Shown here: positions 30,528 to 41,705 of the stretch, in pieces
Layout of the letters: every line of letters begins with the position of its first letter
Numbering within the stretch: the stretch's first letter is position 1
Assembly (NCBI GenBank): GCA_965233865.1
Contig: OZ247587.1
Location: 480,001-544,000 of the forward strand
Reading direction: 5' to 3'
DNA: 64,000 nucleotides
From: Candidatus Neptunichlamydia sp.
Lineage (GTDB): Bacteria; Chlamydiota; Chlamydiia; Chlamydiales; Simkaniaceae
Position numbers and translations under genes: made by a program
The notes under the pieces: model-generated
What the model saw: only the letters and a program-made list of their open reading frames with translations
What the model was told of the DNA's origin: nothing
The model's database searches: none

Positions 30528-30979
30528 TTGTTGCAATTGGAGTAGGGATTCTTGGTCTTCTCCTTATCTATTTAGAATTTTTTGTACCAGGGGGGATTTT
30601 AGGAGTTCTTGGAGGCATAGTTGTTCTGATCTCAATTGTTTTGTTTGTTTGGGGGACTGGGAAGCTATGGTTTTCTATCCTATTCATTGCAGTGACGATT
30701 TTCCTTCTTATTCTGACAATTAGGCTTGCTTTATGGAAGATTAAGCAGAAACCTGAAATGTTTGCGCAGGATGAGCAATCAGGTTATGTGGCGTCGAGTT
30801 TTGACAAGGCCCTTGTCGGAAAAGAAGGAGAAGCTTTGACAAACCTAAAGCCATCGGGTCATGTGATGGTTGAAGGGGATCGGCATCAAGCTGTTTCAGA
30901 AAGCAGTTACATTAAAAAGGGTGAATTGGTTAAGATCACTGGTGGCGAAGGGGCACGTTTAATCTGCAAAAGAGTTTAG
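30524..30979 (+). CDS. Short NfeD-family protein
   Basis: LEFFVPGGILG TM region and TNLKPSG...AVSE OB domain. Confidence 0.85.
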   Translation: MIVAIGVGILGLLLIYLEFFVPGGILGVLGGIVVLISIVLFVWGTGKLWFSILFIAVTIFLLILTIRLALWKIKQKPEMFAQDEQSGYVASSFDKALVGKEGEALTNLKPSGHVMVEGDRHQAVSESSYIKKGELVKITGGEGARLICKRV

Positions 30980-31009
30980 GAATATATTAATTCACGGAAA
31001 GGTTCACTC

Positions 31010-32008
31010 ATGGAAGACTCAACACTCGGTATTTACGCTCTTATTATCCTCTTAGGAATCATTGGGCTAATCTTTATTATTATTCTTGGGAAATACATCA
31101 AGCTATGGTTTCAGGCGTATGTCTCAGGAACCCCTATTTCTATTTTTAATATTATTGGAATGAGCCTTCGAAAGATCCCTCCACAAATCATTGTGAATGC
31201 TAGAATTAATTCTTATAAAGCAGGACTAAAGGGGATTTCTGCTTCTGATCTTGAGACTCATTTTCTAGCTGGTGGACGAGTTCTTGAAGTTGTTCGTGCA
31301 ATGATTGCTGCTGATAAGGCAAATATTCCGCTTGATTGGCGTCAAGCGACTGCAATTGATCTGGCAGGACGAGATATTCTTGAGGCCGTTCGTACATCAG
31401 TTAACCCTAAGGTTATTGATTGTCCCAGCCCTGATATTAACCTGTCGATTACCGCAGTTGCAAAAGATGGAGTTCAACTTCTTTGTCGCGCCCGAGTAAC
31501 TGTTCGAACCAACATTAAGCAGCTAGTTGGGGGTGCAACTGAAGAAACAATCATTGCCCGTGTAGGTGAAGGGATTGTTAACTCAATTGGAGCTTCTCAG
31601 ACCCACGCTGATGTTTTAGAATCTCCACAGATGATTACCCAGCTAGTCCTTGATAAAGGACTCGATGCGCAGACAGCCTTTGAGATTCTTTCAATTGATA
31701 TCGCTGATATCAGTGTCGGGGAAAATATTGGAGCGAAACTTAAGATTGATCGTGCTGAATCAGACAAGCAAGTGGCTCAAGCAAAAGCCGAAGAGCGGCG
31801 CGCAATGGCTGTTGCCGCAGAACAAGAAAATCGCGCTAAAGTTGTCTTGGCAGAGGCCGAGATCCCTAAAGCAATGGCTCTAGCTTTCCAGTCTGGAAAT
31901 TTAGGTATCATGGATTACTATAAGATGAGAAATATCCAATCCGATACAAAGATGCGAGATGCTCTTTCTGAGTATGATGGTGAGGATAAAGATGGAAGAA
32001 AAAAATAA
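31010..32008 (+). CDS. floA: Flotillin-like protein FloA (YqfA family)
   Basis: [55 protein letters not shown]. Confidence 0.95.
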   Translation: MEDSTLGIYALIILLGIIGLIFIIILGKYIKLWFQAYVSGTPISIFNIIGMSLRKIPPQIIVNARINSYKAGLKGISASDLETHFLAGGRVLEVVRAMIAADKANIPLDWRQATAIDLAGRDILEAVRTSVNPKVIDCPSPDINLSITAVAKDGVQLLCRARVTVRTNIKQLVGGATEETIIARVGEGIVNSIGASQTHADVLESPQMITQLVLDKGLDAQTAFEILSIDIADISVGENIGAKLKIDRAESDKQVAQAKAEERRAMAVAAEQENRAKVVLAEAEIPKAMALAFQSGNLGIMDYYKMRNIQSDTKMRDALSEYDGEDKDGRKK

Positions 32009-32333
32009 TTTCGACGCATTTTATCCTTTCTTCATTATCATTGCCGTGTATCTGGTGACTTTCTTCAAAAAGCGCGCTAAAATGAAAAGAGATGCAGAAG
32101 AGAAAAGAAGAGCGCCTCCAGTGCCCATTCGGAGAGGGGCTCCGCGCCGCGCGGCAACGCTTCCCACGCCGATTGCTACTGTTAAAATTATTAAGCCTAC
32201 AGCTCAGAAAAAGGCGGCTCCTATTGCAAGAAATAGGCAGCCGCGTATTTTCAATCTTGTTCAAGGTCTAAAGTCTAAAAAAGAACTGATTCTTTTATCT
32301 GAAATCCTTTCCATAAATTCCCGTGTAAAGTAA
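31992..32333 (+). CDS. Small basic membrane-anchored protein (YqfB-like position)
   Basis: N-terminal TM, Pro/Arg-rich linker, C-terminal LILLSEIL; follows floA. Confidence 0.6.
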   Translation: MEEKNNFDAFYPFFIIIAVYLVTFFKKRAKMKRDAEEKRRAPPVPIRRGAPRRAATLPTPIATVKIIKPTAQKKAAPIARNRQPRIFNLVQGLKSKKELILLSEILSINSRVK

Positions 32334-32348
32334 ATTATTTCCTTTTCA

Positions 32349-33485
32349 ATGCGAGGTTTTATGACTGTTGAACTTTTAAAAAAAATTGTTGATGCTAGCT
32401 ATCTTGATAATTGTTTTGAGTATGGAATCGGAAAAATTAAAAAAAGAGATGAGGCAGATTTTGAAGATACTCGTAAATACCATGGCTATCGGCCACTTCC
32501 TTACAGTGATTCTCCCTACATTTTTAAACACTACCAATTTGCTAGGGTGAAGGAAACGAACGACTGGAGAAGGGCAACTGACCCTAGGAGTATTGGGAGG
32601 CAATTAAGTATTTTAGCGCTTACAAACCCTGTTGTCTATCTTCTAACGACAGTTAAACGGGTTGCAGAAGCGGTTCTTATTTTTGCAGGCATTTTTTTTG
32701 ATACATTTTCAGACCTTTATCCAGAAGAAAGAACTGACAACCTTACAAAAGCATTCATTATATCCTTAAATACCAACCTTAGAAAAAGGAAAAAGGAATA
32801 TTCAGAGCTTTGGGATGCTGTAAAAAATGACTTTCATTGCGCTGCAGTGATGGAGCTTGCTGCGGCTCATGGCCTTTTAAATGCTAAGGACGCAACACGC
32901 ATGCAATTCCTCTTTTCCGATAAAGAACGTCAGTGGAACAGATACAAGGAAGCTGAGGCTTTTAAGCACATAGAAGTTGATGAAACGCCTCTTTACGGTG
33001 TTTCCTTGTTCTTTTCACAGTCCTACAAGACGACGTCTCCGCTGCTTTGGATCTTCATGGTGAAAGAAGCTAAAAAAGATAGCTCTGAAGAACTTATAGA
33101 AGTGATTCTTGAGAGTAATGAGACTACATTGAGCTCAGATCTTGAAACAAGAAATCAACAGGTTATTGAATGGTTAGAAAATAATGTGGATTGCATAACT
33201 GAAGCACGAATTAAAAATAGCGATACTGTCTTATTAAATAATCTGATTGATGACTCTCTTAAATTCAAAACAATGGGTATTAAAGAGATTACTGGTTCCT
33301 CTCAATTAAAGCTTTTATTTTTAGCGAAGTCTTTTTTAAAAATAGCAAAAACTAATCATAGTGGGTTTATTCAATGTCAGTATGCATACCCTCTATCCAC
33401 AGAAAAAAAAGACAGGGTCGAAATAATGGAGCATACTATTGCTGACTCAATTAAGGAATCTTGGAATAAATTTACACCTGAGTAA
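32349..33485 (+). CDS. Hypothetical protein
   Basis: 378-aa ORF with a hydrophobic hairpin near aa 85-120; no motif recognised. Confidence 0.65.
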   Translation: MRGFMTVELLKKIVDASYLDNCFEYGIGKIKKRDEADFEDTRKYHGYRPLPYSDSPYIFKHYQFARVKETNDWRRATDPRSIGRQLSILALTNPVVYLLTTVKRVAEAVLIFAGIFFDTFSDLYPEERTDNLTKAFIISLNTNLRKRKKEYSELWDAVKNDFHCAAVMELAAAHGLLNAKDATRMQFLFSDKERQWNRYKEAEAFKHIEVDETPLYGVSLFFSQSYKTTSPLLWIFMVKEAKKDSSEELIEVILESNETTLSSDLETRNQQVIEWLENNVDCITEARIKNSDTVLLNNLIDDSLKFKTMGIKEITGSSQLKLLFLAKSFLKIAKTNHSGFIQCQYAYPLSTEKKDRVEIMEHTIADSIKESWNKFTPE

Positions 33486-33488
33486 TAA

Positions 33489-33950
33489 CTACAAATCTTT
33501 GTCGCTGCCAAGCCAATCCAAGGTAGCGACAGTGCGTACTTCAAGCTGAGATTCAGCAATAAGGACTTGCTTTCCGCTAACTTCAATGAGATAAAGCATA
33601 GACTTGGGGCTTAGGGGGCGTTTCTCTAAGATCTTGACAGATTTGAGATAATTAAAGGTCTGGAGACGCCCGTTTGAGATTCTTTTGAACATCCAGACGG
33701 TTAGAATCACAAGGACAAGAAGCCCGACAAGGACAACGATTGTCTTAATGAAAGCTGTTTCATAAGATTCAGTGGTTTTGTGAACATCAGCTTCACGTTC
33801 AAGTTTCTTTTCTCCATGTTCAACCGTTTTTTGAATCTCATCCGTATGTTCCACTTGTGCTTTTTCAGTGGGAGGGGGGTACTTCTCTTTATCCTCACTG
33901 GCTAGGAGGGGAAGGAAAGTGAGAAGAAAAAAAAGTTTTAGTATTCGCAT
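33489..33950 (-). CDS. FliO/MopB-like membrane protein
   Basis: TM followed by VKILEKRPLSPKSMLYLIEV.GKQVLIA, the FliO cytoplasmic pattern. Confidence 0.75.
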   Translation of the reverse strand: MRILKLFFLLTFLPLLASEDKEKYPPPTEKAQVEHTDEIQKTVEHGEKKLEREADVHKTTESYETAFIKTIVVLVGLLVLVILTVWMFKRISNGRLQTFNYLKSVKILEKRPLSPKSMLYLIEVSGKQVLIAESQLEVRTVATLDWLGSDKDL

Positions 33951-34154
33951 GAGACAACCATTATTTATTTATTTTTATTCTGAGGAGAATCATCTTTTTT
34001 GTCTATAAACCTGAGCTTTAGGTTTGTTTTGCTTAAATTTTCTCTTATTTTGGCGCAAGAAAGAGAACAATAGGCCCTTTTCAAGCCAAAAAGATCAGAA
34101 AGAAAGTAAAAAATCTCTGAGAAGGAGTGAAATAAACTCAAAACTCAGGTTACA

Positions 34155-35003
34155 ATGCTGAGTATGACTGGAACAATTGCACTAGACATTGATGGAACGA
34201 TAACCAGCCGGGATTATCTGATTCCTGATGAAGTAGCCCACTACTTTGAAACTCTTTACAAAGAGGGTTGGCGTTTTATCTTTGTCACGGGGCGCCCTCT
34301 TTCCTTTACGATGGTGACCCTTCCCAAGCTTTGCTTTCCGTACTTTTTAGGAGTGCAAAATGGTTCTGTTTTATTTGAGATGCCAGAGAAAAAAGAAATC
34401 GAGAGATATTATCTACCTCTTGAAATGGTCCATACCCTTGACAAACTTCATAAAAATGTCGAAGGGGATTTTCTTGTCTATTCAGGGTATGAGAAGGGGG
34501 ACATTTGCTATTTCCGTCCCGATTATTTTTCAGGCGAAATGCGAAACTATCTTAAGAAAATAGAGAAAGTTTCAGACGCGCCATGGATCCCTTTAAAAGA
34601 TTTTGATATCCAGGAGCAAAATACCTTTCCCCTGATTAAGTGCTTGGGCCTAAAAGAAGAAATGGAATCCTTTAATCAAAATCTTCAAAAGCTGGAGGGG
34701 ATTAAAACGACCCTGATCAAAGACCCCTTTTCTAAGAATCTCTACCTAATCTTGATTACACATTCTGAGGCAGATAAAGGAATTGCCATTCAAAAAATCA
34801 TCAAAAAATTTTCTCTTCCAGAGCCTTTGATTACCGGAGGAAACGATAACAATGACATCCCTCTTCTTCAGCATGGAGATCAGAGAATCTCAATTAAAGG
34901 AGCTCCAGAAGCACTCACAAAGCTTGCGACCGTTATTGCTCCTCCAAGTGAAGAATGTGGGATTATTGAGGGACTAAAAAAGGCAATGGAGAATTTATCA
35001 TGA
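34155..35003 (+). CDS. Cof-type HAD-IIB hydrolase
   Basis: DIDGT, VTGR, DKG, GNDNNDIPL. Confidence 0.9.
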   Translation: MLSMTGTIALDIDGTITSRDYLIPDEVAHYFETLYKEGWRFIFVTGRPLSFTMVTLPKLCFPYFLGVQNGSVLFEMPEKKEIERYYLPLEMVHTLDKLHKNVEGDFLVYSGYEKGDICYFRPDYFSGEMRNYLKKIEKVSDAPWIPLKDFDIQEQNTFPLIKCLGLKEEMESFNQNLQKLEGIKTTLIKDPFSKNLYLILITHSEADKGIAIQKIIKKFSLPEPLITGGNDNNDIPLLQHGDQRISIKGAPEALTKLATVIAPPSEECGIIEGLKKAMENLS

Positions 35004-36100
35004 CTGTTACTCAAGAAGGGCGTGACAGGCGACAGCTCGTTGATCTTGCCATTAGTGCTGCTCGCAAAGTAGAAAGCGCCCAAACAGGACTTGTTCACTA
35101 TCCGACGCGAGATACGATCCCTTTTTACCAAAATTTTTGCTTTTGCTTAGCTCTTTTTCGCTCGCTAGTTAGAGATAATGTCCAAGAAGCTAAAAAAAAA
35201 TTAACCCATCTCTTTTCCTTTATGGATGAAAGGGGGCTATTTCCCACCTATATGCACGAGTATCCAAAAGCGTGTTCTTATGCCCGTTCTTCTTTTCCCC
35301 TTAAATTGATCGAAAAGCACTTTGGCCATATTCTTGGGTGTGAAACTCGCACAAAACTGCAAGCAGTGGCTCCTATTCCTATGCCCCCAAAGGAAATTCT
35401 CTCCTCTAGAGATGCGGGAGCCGCTGCTCTGCATCTTAAAGATCTTACTCCTTTGACACCTTACTGGGATCCAGAGCTAAATATTTACAACGGCCCTCTA
35501 AACGATGAAAGACAAAATGAAGGGGAGATAGACCTCACCCTTTTTGACCTTTTTATGGGAAATTCTTCTCGCATCCTCAAGCCCCATCCGGTTCATATAG
35601 AGGCCGCTCTTGTATTTTCTCCAAAACCCATAGAGTTTTCAAATGCGCATCACCCAGTGCCGATTCCTCACGGAAAAGGGTATCACCTCTTGCGCAAAGT
35701 TTGGAACGAGGGAGACCATTTGCACACCTTCGTTTGCCAAGAAAAAAAAATAGCCTTTGATAGCGATATTTTGATCTATCCAAAAGAGATTCCCGATGAA
35801 AAAAATCGAACGGAGCTTTCCTTTTTTGTGAATTACCATCCTTCGAGTACGATCCTGGTTAATAAAGAAAAAGGAACCGTTTTTCGGCTAGGGGACATTC
35901 TTCAGATCGGAGACCGTTGGAACCTATCCTTTGAGAAAATCGATGGAGAAGGCGACCTTTTAGGGCATATCAGCCGTGGAAACCGCCCAGCGCAGCTTGA
36001 TACAGATATTACACATGCCCATGACTGGAAAATTTCAATTCGCACCCTAAGAAGGACCCCTAACCTTAAGATCCGTTTTAAGAATAATCTGATTATTTGA
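35000..36100 (+). CDS. Conserved hypothetical protein
   Basis: 366-aa ORF coupled to the HAD gene by an ATGA overlap. Confidence 0.7.
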   Translation: MTVTQEGRDRRQLVDLAISAARKVESAQTGLVHYPTRDTIPFYQNFCFCLALFRSLVRDNVQEAKKKLTHLFSFMDERGLFPTYMHEYPKACSYARSSFPLKLIEKHFGHILGCETRTKLQAVAPIPMPPKEILSSRDAGAAALHLKDLTPLTPYWDPELNIYNGPLNDERQNEGEIDLTLFDLFMGNSSRILKPHPVHIEAALVFSPKPIEFSNAHHPVPIPHGKGYHLLRKVWNEGDHLHTFVCQEKKIAFDSDILIYPKEIPDEKNRTELSFFVNYHPSSTILVNKEKGTVFRLGDILQIGDRWNLSFEKIDGEGDLLGHISRGNRPAQLDTDITHAHDWKISIRTLRRTPNLKIRFKNNLII

Positions 36101-36133
36101 GTTAAGCAAGCCACAGCAAAATCGAACGGATTT

Positions 36134-37057
36134 TTAAGTTAAGGCTGGTTCTTCAGCAGGTTTAAGTGCAGGACTATCAACAGCAACCCCCATTGCGTGC
36201 ATCCCATTGTCGACATATAGAGTCACACCAGTGATTGCCGAGGCTTTATCCGAAAGAAGAAATGAAGCGGCATTGCCAACTTCTTTCGATTGCAAGTCTT
36301 TTTGAAGCGGAGCATTATGATGAGCATACTCGATCATGGCGCCGATGAACCCAATAGCTCTTGCAGCGCGACTTCCCAGGGCGCCTGCAGAAATTGAATT
36401 GATTCGGATGTTCCATTTACGTCCAGCTTCAAAGGATAGCGTGCGTGTATCACTTTCTAGTGCTGCTTTTGCAGAACTCATACCACCCCCATATCCAGGA
36501 ACAGCTCTTTCTGAAGCAAGATAGGTAAGGTTAATCGCAGAACCTCCATTAGACATGATCGGCCCGAAGTATTTCACCATGCTTACAAATGAGTAAGCAG
36601 AGGCGCTGATTGCTGACAAATATCCTTGGCGCGTTGTTTCAAGAAGAGGCTTTTTGACCTCAGGTCCATTAGCAAGCGAATGGACAATCATGTCGATATT
36701 TCCGAAGTCTTTTTTAATCTGAGCCGCAACCTCAGAAACAGTATAGCCATCATATTGTTTGTAGCGTTTGTTTTCTTTGACCTCTTTAGGAACCTCATCA
36801 GGAGTGTCAAAGCTTGCATCGATAGGATAGAGTTTGAGGTATTTCATCATAGAGCCATCTGAAAGCTGCCTTGAAGCGTCAAACTTCCCAGCATCCCATG
36901 ATGTGGTAAAAATCTTAACAATGGGTGCCCAGGTTCCAATCAAAATCTCACAACCCGCATCCGCAAGTTGTTTAGCGATTGCCCAGCCATACCCTTGATC
37001 ATCACCAATTCCAGCAATAAAAGCCTTTTTACCTTTCAAACTCATACGTAACCTCAT
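36134..37057 (-). CDS. fabI: Enoyl-ACP reductase (chlamydial/plant type)
   Basis: [45 protein letters not shown]. Confidence 0.97.
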   Translation of the reverse strand: MRLRMSLKGKKAFIAGIGDDQGYGWAIAKQLADAGCEILIGTWAPIVKIFTTSWDAGKFDASRQLSDGSMMKYLKLYPIDASFDTPDEVPKEVKENKRYKQYDGYTVSEVAAQIKKDFGNIDMIVHSLANGPEVKKPLLETTRQGYLSAISASAYSFVSMVKYFGPIMSNGGSAINLTYLASERAVPGYGGGMSSAKAALESDTRTLSFEAGRKWNIRINSISAGALGSRAARAIGFIGAMIEYAHHNAPLQKDLQSKEVGNAASFLLSDKASAITGVTLYVDNGMHAMGVAVDSPALKPAEEPALT

Positions 37058-37105
37058 TCATTTCGTGAACTGGATTCTAGCACACAAAATCTATCTTGAC
37101 AATAC

Positions 37106-37370
37106 TTACGATCGACGGCTCCAACCTTCAGCGGTGAGAATACGGCCAACAGGAATAAGGATTTTAACACGCTTAACAGGTGCTGGGGGTTTCTTAGGAG
37201 TTGCAACAACTTTCTTTTTTAGAGGCATTTTCTTAAGTGCAGGCTTCTTAGTAATAACTTTCTTTCGAGTGACAACTTTTTTCTTAGAAACGGCTTTTTT
37301 CCGCGTAGGAGCCTTCTTCTTAGAAGTAGAAGCTGTTTTTTTTTCTTTTAATTTTTTTTTTGATAACCAT
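37106..37370 (-). CDS. Lysine-rich histone H1-like protein; ATG out of frame by one base in an A10 run
   Basis: KK-rich repeats; ATG at 37370 is in frame only if the run at 37352-37361 is A9. Confidence 0.55.
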
Positions 37371-37544
37371 GAGCATTTCAAAATCAATTTGATTGCATTA
37401 ATAATAAGTTAGTTCGTTATTAATCGCAAGTTGTTAATTATTAAAAAATAATGATTACTTATTATGTTCGTGATTTCTTAAAGAGTCAATGCAAAGCCTG
37501 GAGTGAATAAGCGTTGAGTTGAACTCAAATCCAACGTATAGATT

Positions 37545-37860
37545 AGGCTCTGTCCCTAAAGATAAAAATTGATTAGACTTTCATAGAGCAAACCTAATCG
37601 AATTAATTACTTTCATTGGGAGTGACAGCATCAGGTGATAAAAACTTAAGCATTGCTTATAGATAAAGTGACTTAAATTAGTTATTGTCAGTACTCCCTG
37701 GAAATCCTATCTATTCCATATCACTTTAGCCATATTGGCCAAGGAGAAGCCCTTTTTAAGAGATGACTGCTGTAGTTTTTTGCTTGCTGATAGGAGGATA
37801 TGATAGTGATCCATTAGGAAAATCTTAGCAGAGAAAGGGATTACTCCAATAATTCCTGAG
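37545..37860 (+). mobile_element. Highly degenerate IS5-family remnant
   Basis: Broken translation GNPI...LLADR-GYDSD-IRKILAEKGITPIIP; boundaries approximate. Confidence 0.6.
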
Positions 37861-38126
37861 GGGAAAGTATTTCTTTCGCTTTATTAAGGGCCGTAGCGAG
37901 TCCTTGAAACCCATCGTATCTAGAGTTTTTATCTTAATGAAAAAAAACATAAACTTTCTGTAGTTATTCTTTTGTTCGCTTCTGTTATCAATGGGAGCAA
38001 GAAGAATATAAGCAACTTGTTCCTTTGTCCAATGTTTTTATCTTGTAAATCATCTCTGTTCTTAGGAGTATATTCGGGCACTAGTTTCCCCGTGACTTTG
38101 TTATAAGATTCTTTAAAAGCAGCCCA

Positions 38127-38683
38127 TGAGTTACGATTGCATCGCTGTCATAACCCCGATCTGCTAGTAGGTAATCGGCGTTAATTCCCTCTATTTAAGT
38201 GTTTGGCCTGAAGGTAGTCTGATTGAGTACCTGACGTAATAATCGCTCTGACCGGCATACCATGCGAATCCACGGCCAAATGTAATTTCGTGTTGAACCC
38301 CCTTTTGTTCGAGCCATATCTTGATTACCACCTTGTGCACCTGCTGCGTGAAAGTGAACTTTGATATGGGTTGCATCGATCATTAACCACTCGTAATCAG
38401 GATCGTCCACCACTTTTTCCAGAAGAAGTCCCCAGACACCTTTATTCTTCCAACGGATAAAACGACGATGCACATTTCCCCAGTTCTCATAGTCTGGAGG
38501 TAAGTCACGCTATGGAGCTCCGGTACGAATAATCCAAAAAACCGCGTTGATAAATCGCCGATTATCTTGTGCTACCCCTCCCCACACCCCTCTTCTTTCT
38601 GGAAGATAAGGCTCAAGTTTTTTCCAAATTCGACCTGACATATCGTGACGTCTGTGCGCTGGTACGGTCATCTCTAAACCTCT
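38127..38683 (-). mobile_element. Truncated copy of the IS5 element at 44262
   Basis: Near-identical reverse complement of about 44318-44874; TGG>TAG nonsense change in the GAPWRDL motif; both ends missing. Confidence 0.92.
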
Positions 38684-39109
38684 TTCTAGTTATGGACTAG
38701 TTTCTTGTAGGAAGAAAAGATAGAATTTTCATTAGAGATTCCAATAATAAAATCTAACAATAGATTATGTTCAAGTTGATAGGTTTATGAGAGAAGAAAC
38801 ACCCCAGCTTTTTGACATGATCCAGCAGCAGCAAGGAGAGATTTCAGAACAGTGGATAAAAAAAACTATATGCTCTTGGGGGTAACCCATATATTTCTAG
38901 AAATAGAGCTCATACCTTGATTTTAAGAGCGATTAAATTCCTGGTTTAACCTCTCAGGAGTATTGACAGATTGAGCTACTTTTTTCCTCATGGAATAGGG
39001 ATGACACCACCTAAATTTTAAATTCTCAAGAGAGGAAAAGAATTAATGATTGCACTGGAGTGCTTGGGCATGTTAAAATTCCATTTTTTAGTTAGAAGGA
39101 GTATGGTCA

Positions 39110-40204
39110 ATGGAAATCAAACAAGAATTACTAGATATTGCTGGATATGAAAAGGTGATTAAAGTCACCGAGGAAAAGACAGGACTCATAGCGATCATTT
39201 CAATCCACAATACAACTCTAGGGCCTGGCCTTGGGGGAACGAGAATTTACCCTTATAATACGTTTGATGAAGCCCTTACTGATGCACTTCGCCTCTCTAA
39301 AGGAATGACTTATAAATCTGCAATTGCTCAAGTTGGTGTTGGGGGAGCTAAGAGCGTTATCATCTCCAATCAGAAAAACAAAACCCCTGAAAAGCTAAGA
39401 GCTTTTGGCGCAGCTGTTGATCAGTTGCAAGGGGACTATATCTGTGCAGAGGATATTGGATGTACCCCTGCCGATGTAGATGTGATCCTGGAGTCTACGA
39501 AATATGTTTGTGGTGTCCATAACTTAAGAGGAAGTGGAAATCCATCAGCTTTTACTGCTCATGGAACATACCTTGGGATTTTATCTGCTTTACAAGAACT
39601 TGATGGCAGTACTTCTCTAGAAGGAAAAACAGTTGGGATTCAGGGAATGGGAAGTGTCGGGAAGCGCCTCGCTGAGCGCCTTTTTTGGTCAGGAGCAAAA
39701 TTAATCATTTCAGACCTCAATGAAGATGTCATTCGTCATTTTGCTCATGAATTTGATGCACAGATCGTTCCTGCAGATGAAATTCTATTCGCAGAGTGTG
39801 ATGTTCTTGCCCCTTGCGCAATGGGGGGAATCATCCATAAGGATATGATTCTAAAACTCAACTGTCGAGCTATTGCAGGGGCTGCTAATAACCAGCTTCT
39901 TAAACCAACGGATGCAGATCACTTAATGGAAAAGGGTATTTTATATGCTCCTGACTTCGTGATTAATGCGGGTGGTTTGATCAATGTCATGAATGAGCTT
40001 CGTCTTGAAGGCTACAATGCAACACGTGCCCGCAACGGTATTAAGCAAGTCTATCATCAACTCCTTCAGATTTACGAAATTGCTCAGCAAAATGGAATCT
40101 CAACACATCAAGCAGCTGTTAGCCTAGCCGACCATCGCCTTGAAAAGAGAATTGGCAAAAGAACAGAAAAACTTTGCTTTCCTTTTGCGGAGTCTGCTAA
40201 GTAA
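39110..40204 (+). CDS. Leucine dehydrogenase (Glu/Leu/Phe/Val dehydrogenase family)
   Basis: LGPGLGGTR, LSKGMTYK, GGAKSVI, AEDIG, QGMGSVG, AGAANNQL, APDFVINAGG. Confidence 0.92.
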   Translation: MEIKQELLDIAGYEKVIKVTEEKTGLIAIISIHNTTLGPGLGGTRIYPYNTFDEALTDALRLSKGMTYKSAIAQVGVGGAKSVIISNQKNKTPEKLRAFGAAVDQLQGDYICAEDIGCTPADVDVILESTKYVCGVHNLRGSGNPSAFTAHGTYLGILSALQELDGSTSLEGKTVGIQGMGSVGKRLAERLFWSGAKLIISDLNEDVIRHFAHEFDAQIVPADEILFAECDVLAPCAMGGIIHKDMILKLNCRAIAGAANNQLLKPTDADHLMEKGILYAPDFVINAGGLINVMNELRLEGYNATRARNGIKQVYHQLLQIYEIAQQNGISTHQAAVSLADHRLEKRIGKRTEKLCFPFAESAK

Positions 40205-40308
40205 AATTTTCAGCCGCCCACACAACCTAACAGAATCCCATTAGAGAAAACAAAGGGTAGTCTTCTTTTATAACGTCTGATAATTAATGTTATGTTAGAA
40301 ACAAGAGG

Positions 40309-40530
40309 TTGAGCGTCAGACAAGTCCGAAAAATTTCAGATAAGGATCTGTGTGCTGCATCTAAGATTACTTATGCTTTAGTGGCAAAACGTTTTGGCGT
40401 AAGCATAAATAGTGTGTTTCTTTGGTCTAAGAGACTCTGGAGCCGAGGCGCACTAAAAGTAAGACCTGCAATAAAGATTGATAGAAAGGCAAGGAGGATC
40501 AAGGCTGCAGGCCATACGTTGGAATATCTT
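40309..40530 (+). mobile_element. Internally deleted IS630-family remnant
   Basis: HTH VAKRFGVSINSVFLW...PAIKID joined directly to the C-terminal AAGHTLEYL. Confidence 0.6.
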
Positions 40531-40577
40531 CATCCATGTGGAATAGACGAACTTTTTAAGGAGTATATAACCTACTC

Positions 40578-41705
40578 TTAGCCTGGAGATCCGAGAGGAA
40601 TGCTCAGTGTCGGAGTTTCTTTCTCTTGCTGCTTTGCTTGGAGGTTATAGATCTGCTGTAAGAGAACAAAGGTTCTTTTCGAGTTGACATCACCATCATC
40701 AATATAAAACCAATTGCCGCGATAGGCTACCGCTAGGTAGGAGTTTGAGGGGTAATGAGGGCTCCATTTCACGTTGAATAAATCCCCTACAACGTCTCTC
40801 CAGTCAAAAAGAGTGCCATCAGAGTTTTGGGTCATTGCCACGGTTCCAGCCTCTACATCTCTTGAAGGAACACTAACTCCCAAGCTGAGGTAGTACATCG
40901 TACTTAAAAGAGAGCGAGTCATGATTCCGATTTCTGCTTCTTCGTTGAATGCTTGTCGCATGTTGAGGACGTATCGCCCTTTGGACTTTTTAATACCCTC
41001 TAAGAGATCAGCAAGGCGGTCAGAGCCTTCCCCATTCACAGGAAAGGAAATTTGGATGGCATTAGGTCTCTCTTTGCATGCGTTGTCTTCCGAAATATAC
41101 TTCTCTCCAGTGGGGATGTAGCGAACACCGATCTGAAGCTGTCCAAGAGCCTGAAAATGCCGAAGAAGATGAAGGCATTCGAAGAACTTTTTGTAGTGTG
41201 GCGGCTTCAAAGGAATAGGTCCTGAAGCTGAGCTAGCGTTTGAAATATCAGCCATCTGCTGAATCAAAAGACGAAAAACCCGATCAACATCCCAGCCGGT
41301 GAAGAGAAGGCCCTGAATGACGCGCAAGTCAAGGGGCTGCATTAGTTGTATGGCAAAATCCTTTCCTTCAAGAGGAGAATACTGGATTGTGGGTTGATTC
41401 GACCACCCCATTTCTGCACCAAAAGCAGCAGGGTTATTATTATCGAATCCGGGAATTTTGATCGATGGAAAGACCTTTCCAGAAAAATTAAACTGAGTTG
41501 TAATTCCATTGAGTTCTAAAAAATAAGGAGTATCAGAGTAGCGGAGGCGAACTAAATTAAGAAGAAGCTCTTGGTTTGTAGTGTTTTGTGCGGCAATGTT
41601 GTAGGACGTTCGTCCTCCACTCCCATACATTGAAGTGCGGCTAGAAACGTGGCAACCTGTAAGCAGTAGTGTGCTAAGAAGTAGACCAAAGATGATTTTT
41701 TTCAT
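40578..41705 (-). CDS. Conserved hypothetical lipoprotein
   Basis: Lipobox LLTGC; YN...LLLNLVRLRY.D.PYFL and AYRGNWFYIDD.D..SK.TF motifs. Confidence 0.75.
   Translation of the reverse strand: MKKIIFGLLLSTLLLTGCHVSSRTSMYGSGGRTSYNIAAQNTTNQELLLNLVRLRYSDTPYFLELNGITTQFNFSGKVFPSIKIPGFDNNNPAAFGAEMGWSNQPTIQYSPLEGKDFAIQLMQPLDLRVIQGLLFTGWDVDRVFRLLIQQMADISNASSASGPIPLKPPHYKKFFECLHLLRHFQALGQLQIGVRYIPTGEKYISEDNACKERPNAIQISFPVNGEGSDRLADLLEGIKKSKGRYVLNMRQAFNEEAEIGIMTRSLLSTMYYLSLGVSVPSRDVEAGTVAMTQNSDGTLFDWRDVVGDLFNVKWSPHYPSNSYLAVAYRGNWFYIDDGDVNSKRTFVLLQQIYNLQAKQQEKETPTLSIPLGSPG

Noticed and set aside
37462..37520. DUF167-like fragment (RVNAKPGVNKR)
   Set aside because: Too short and interrupted by stops to support a call
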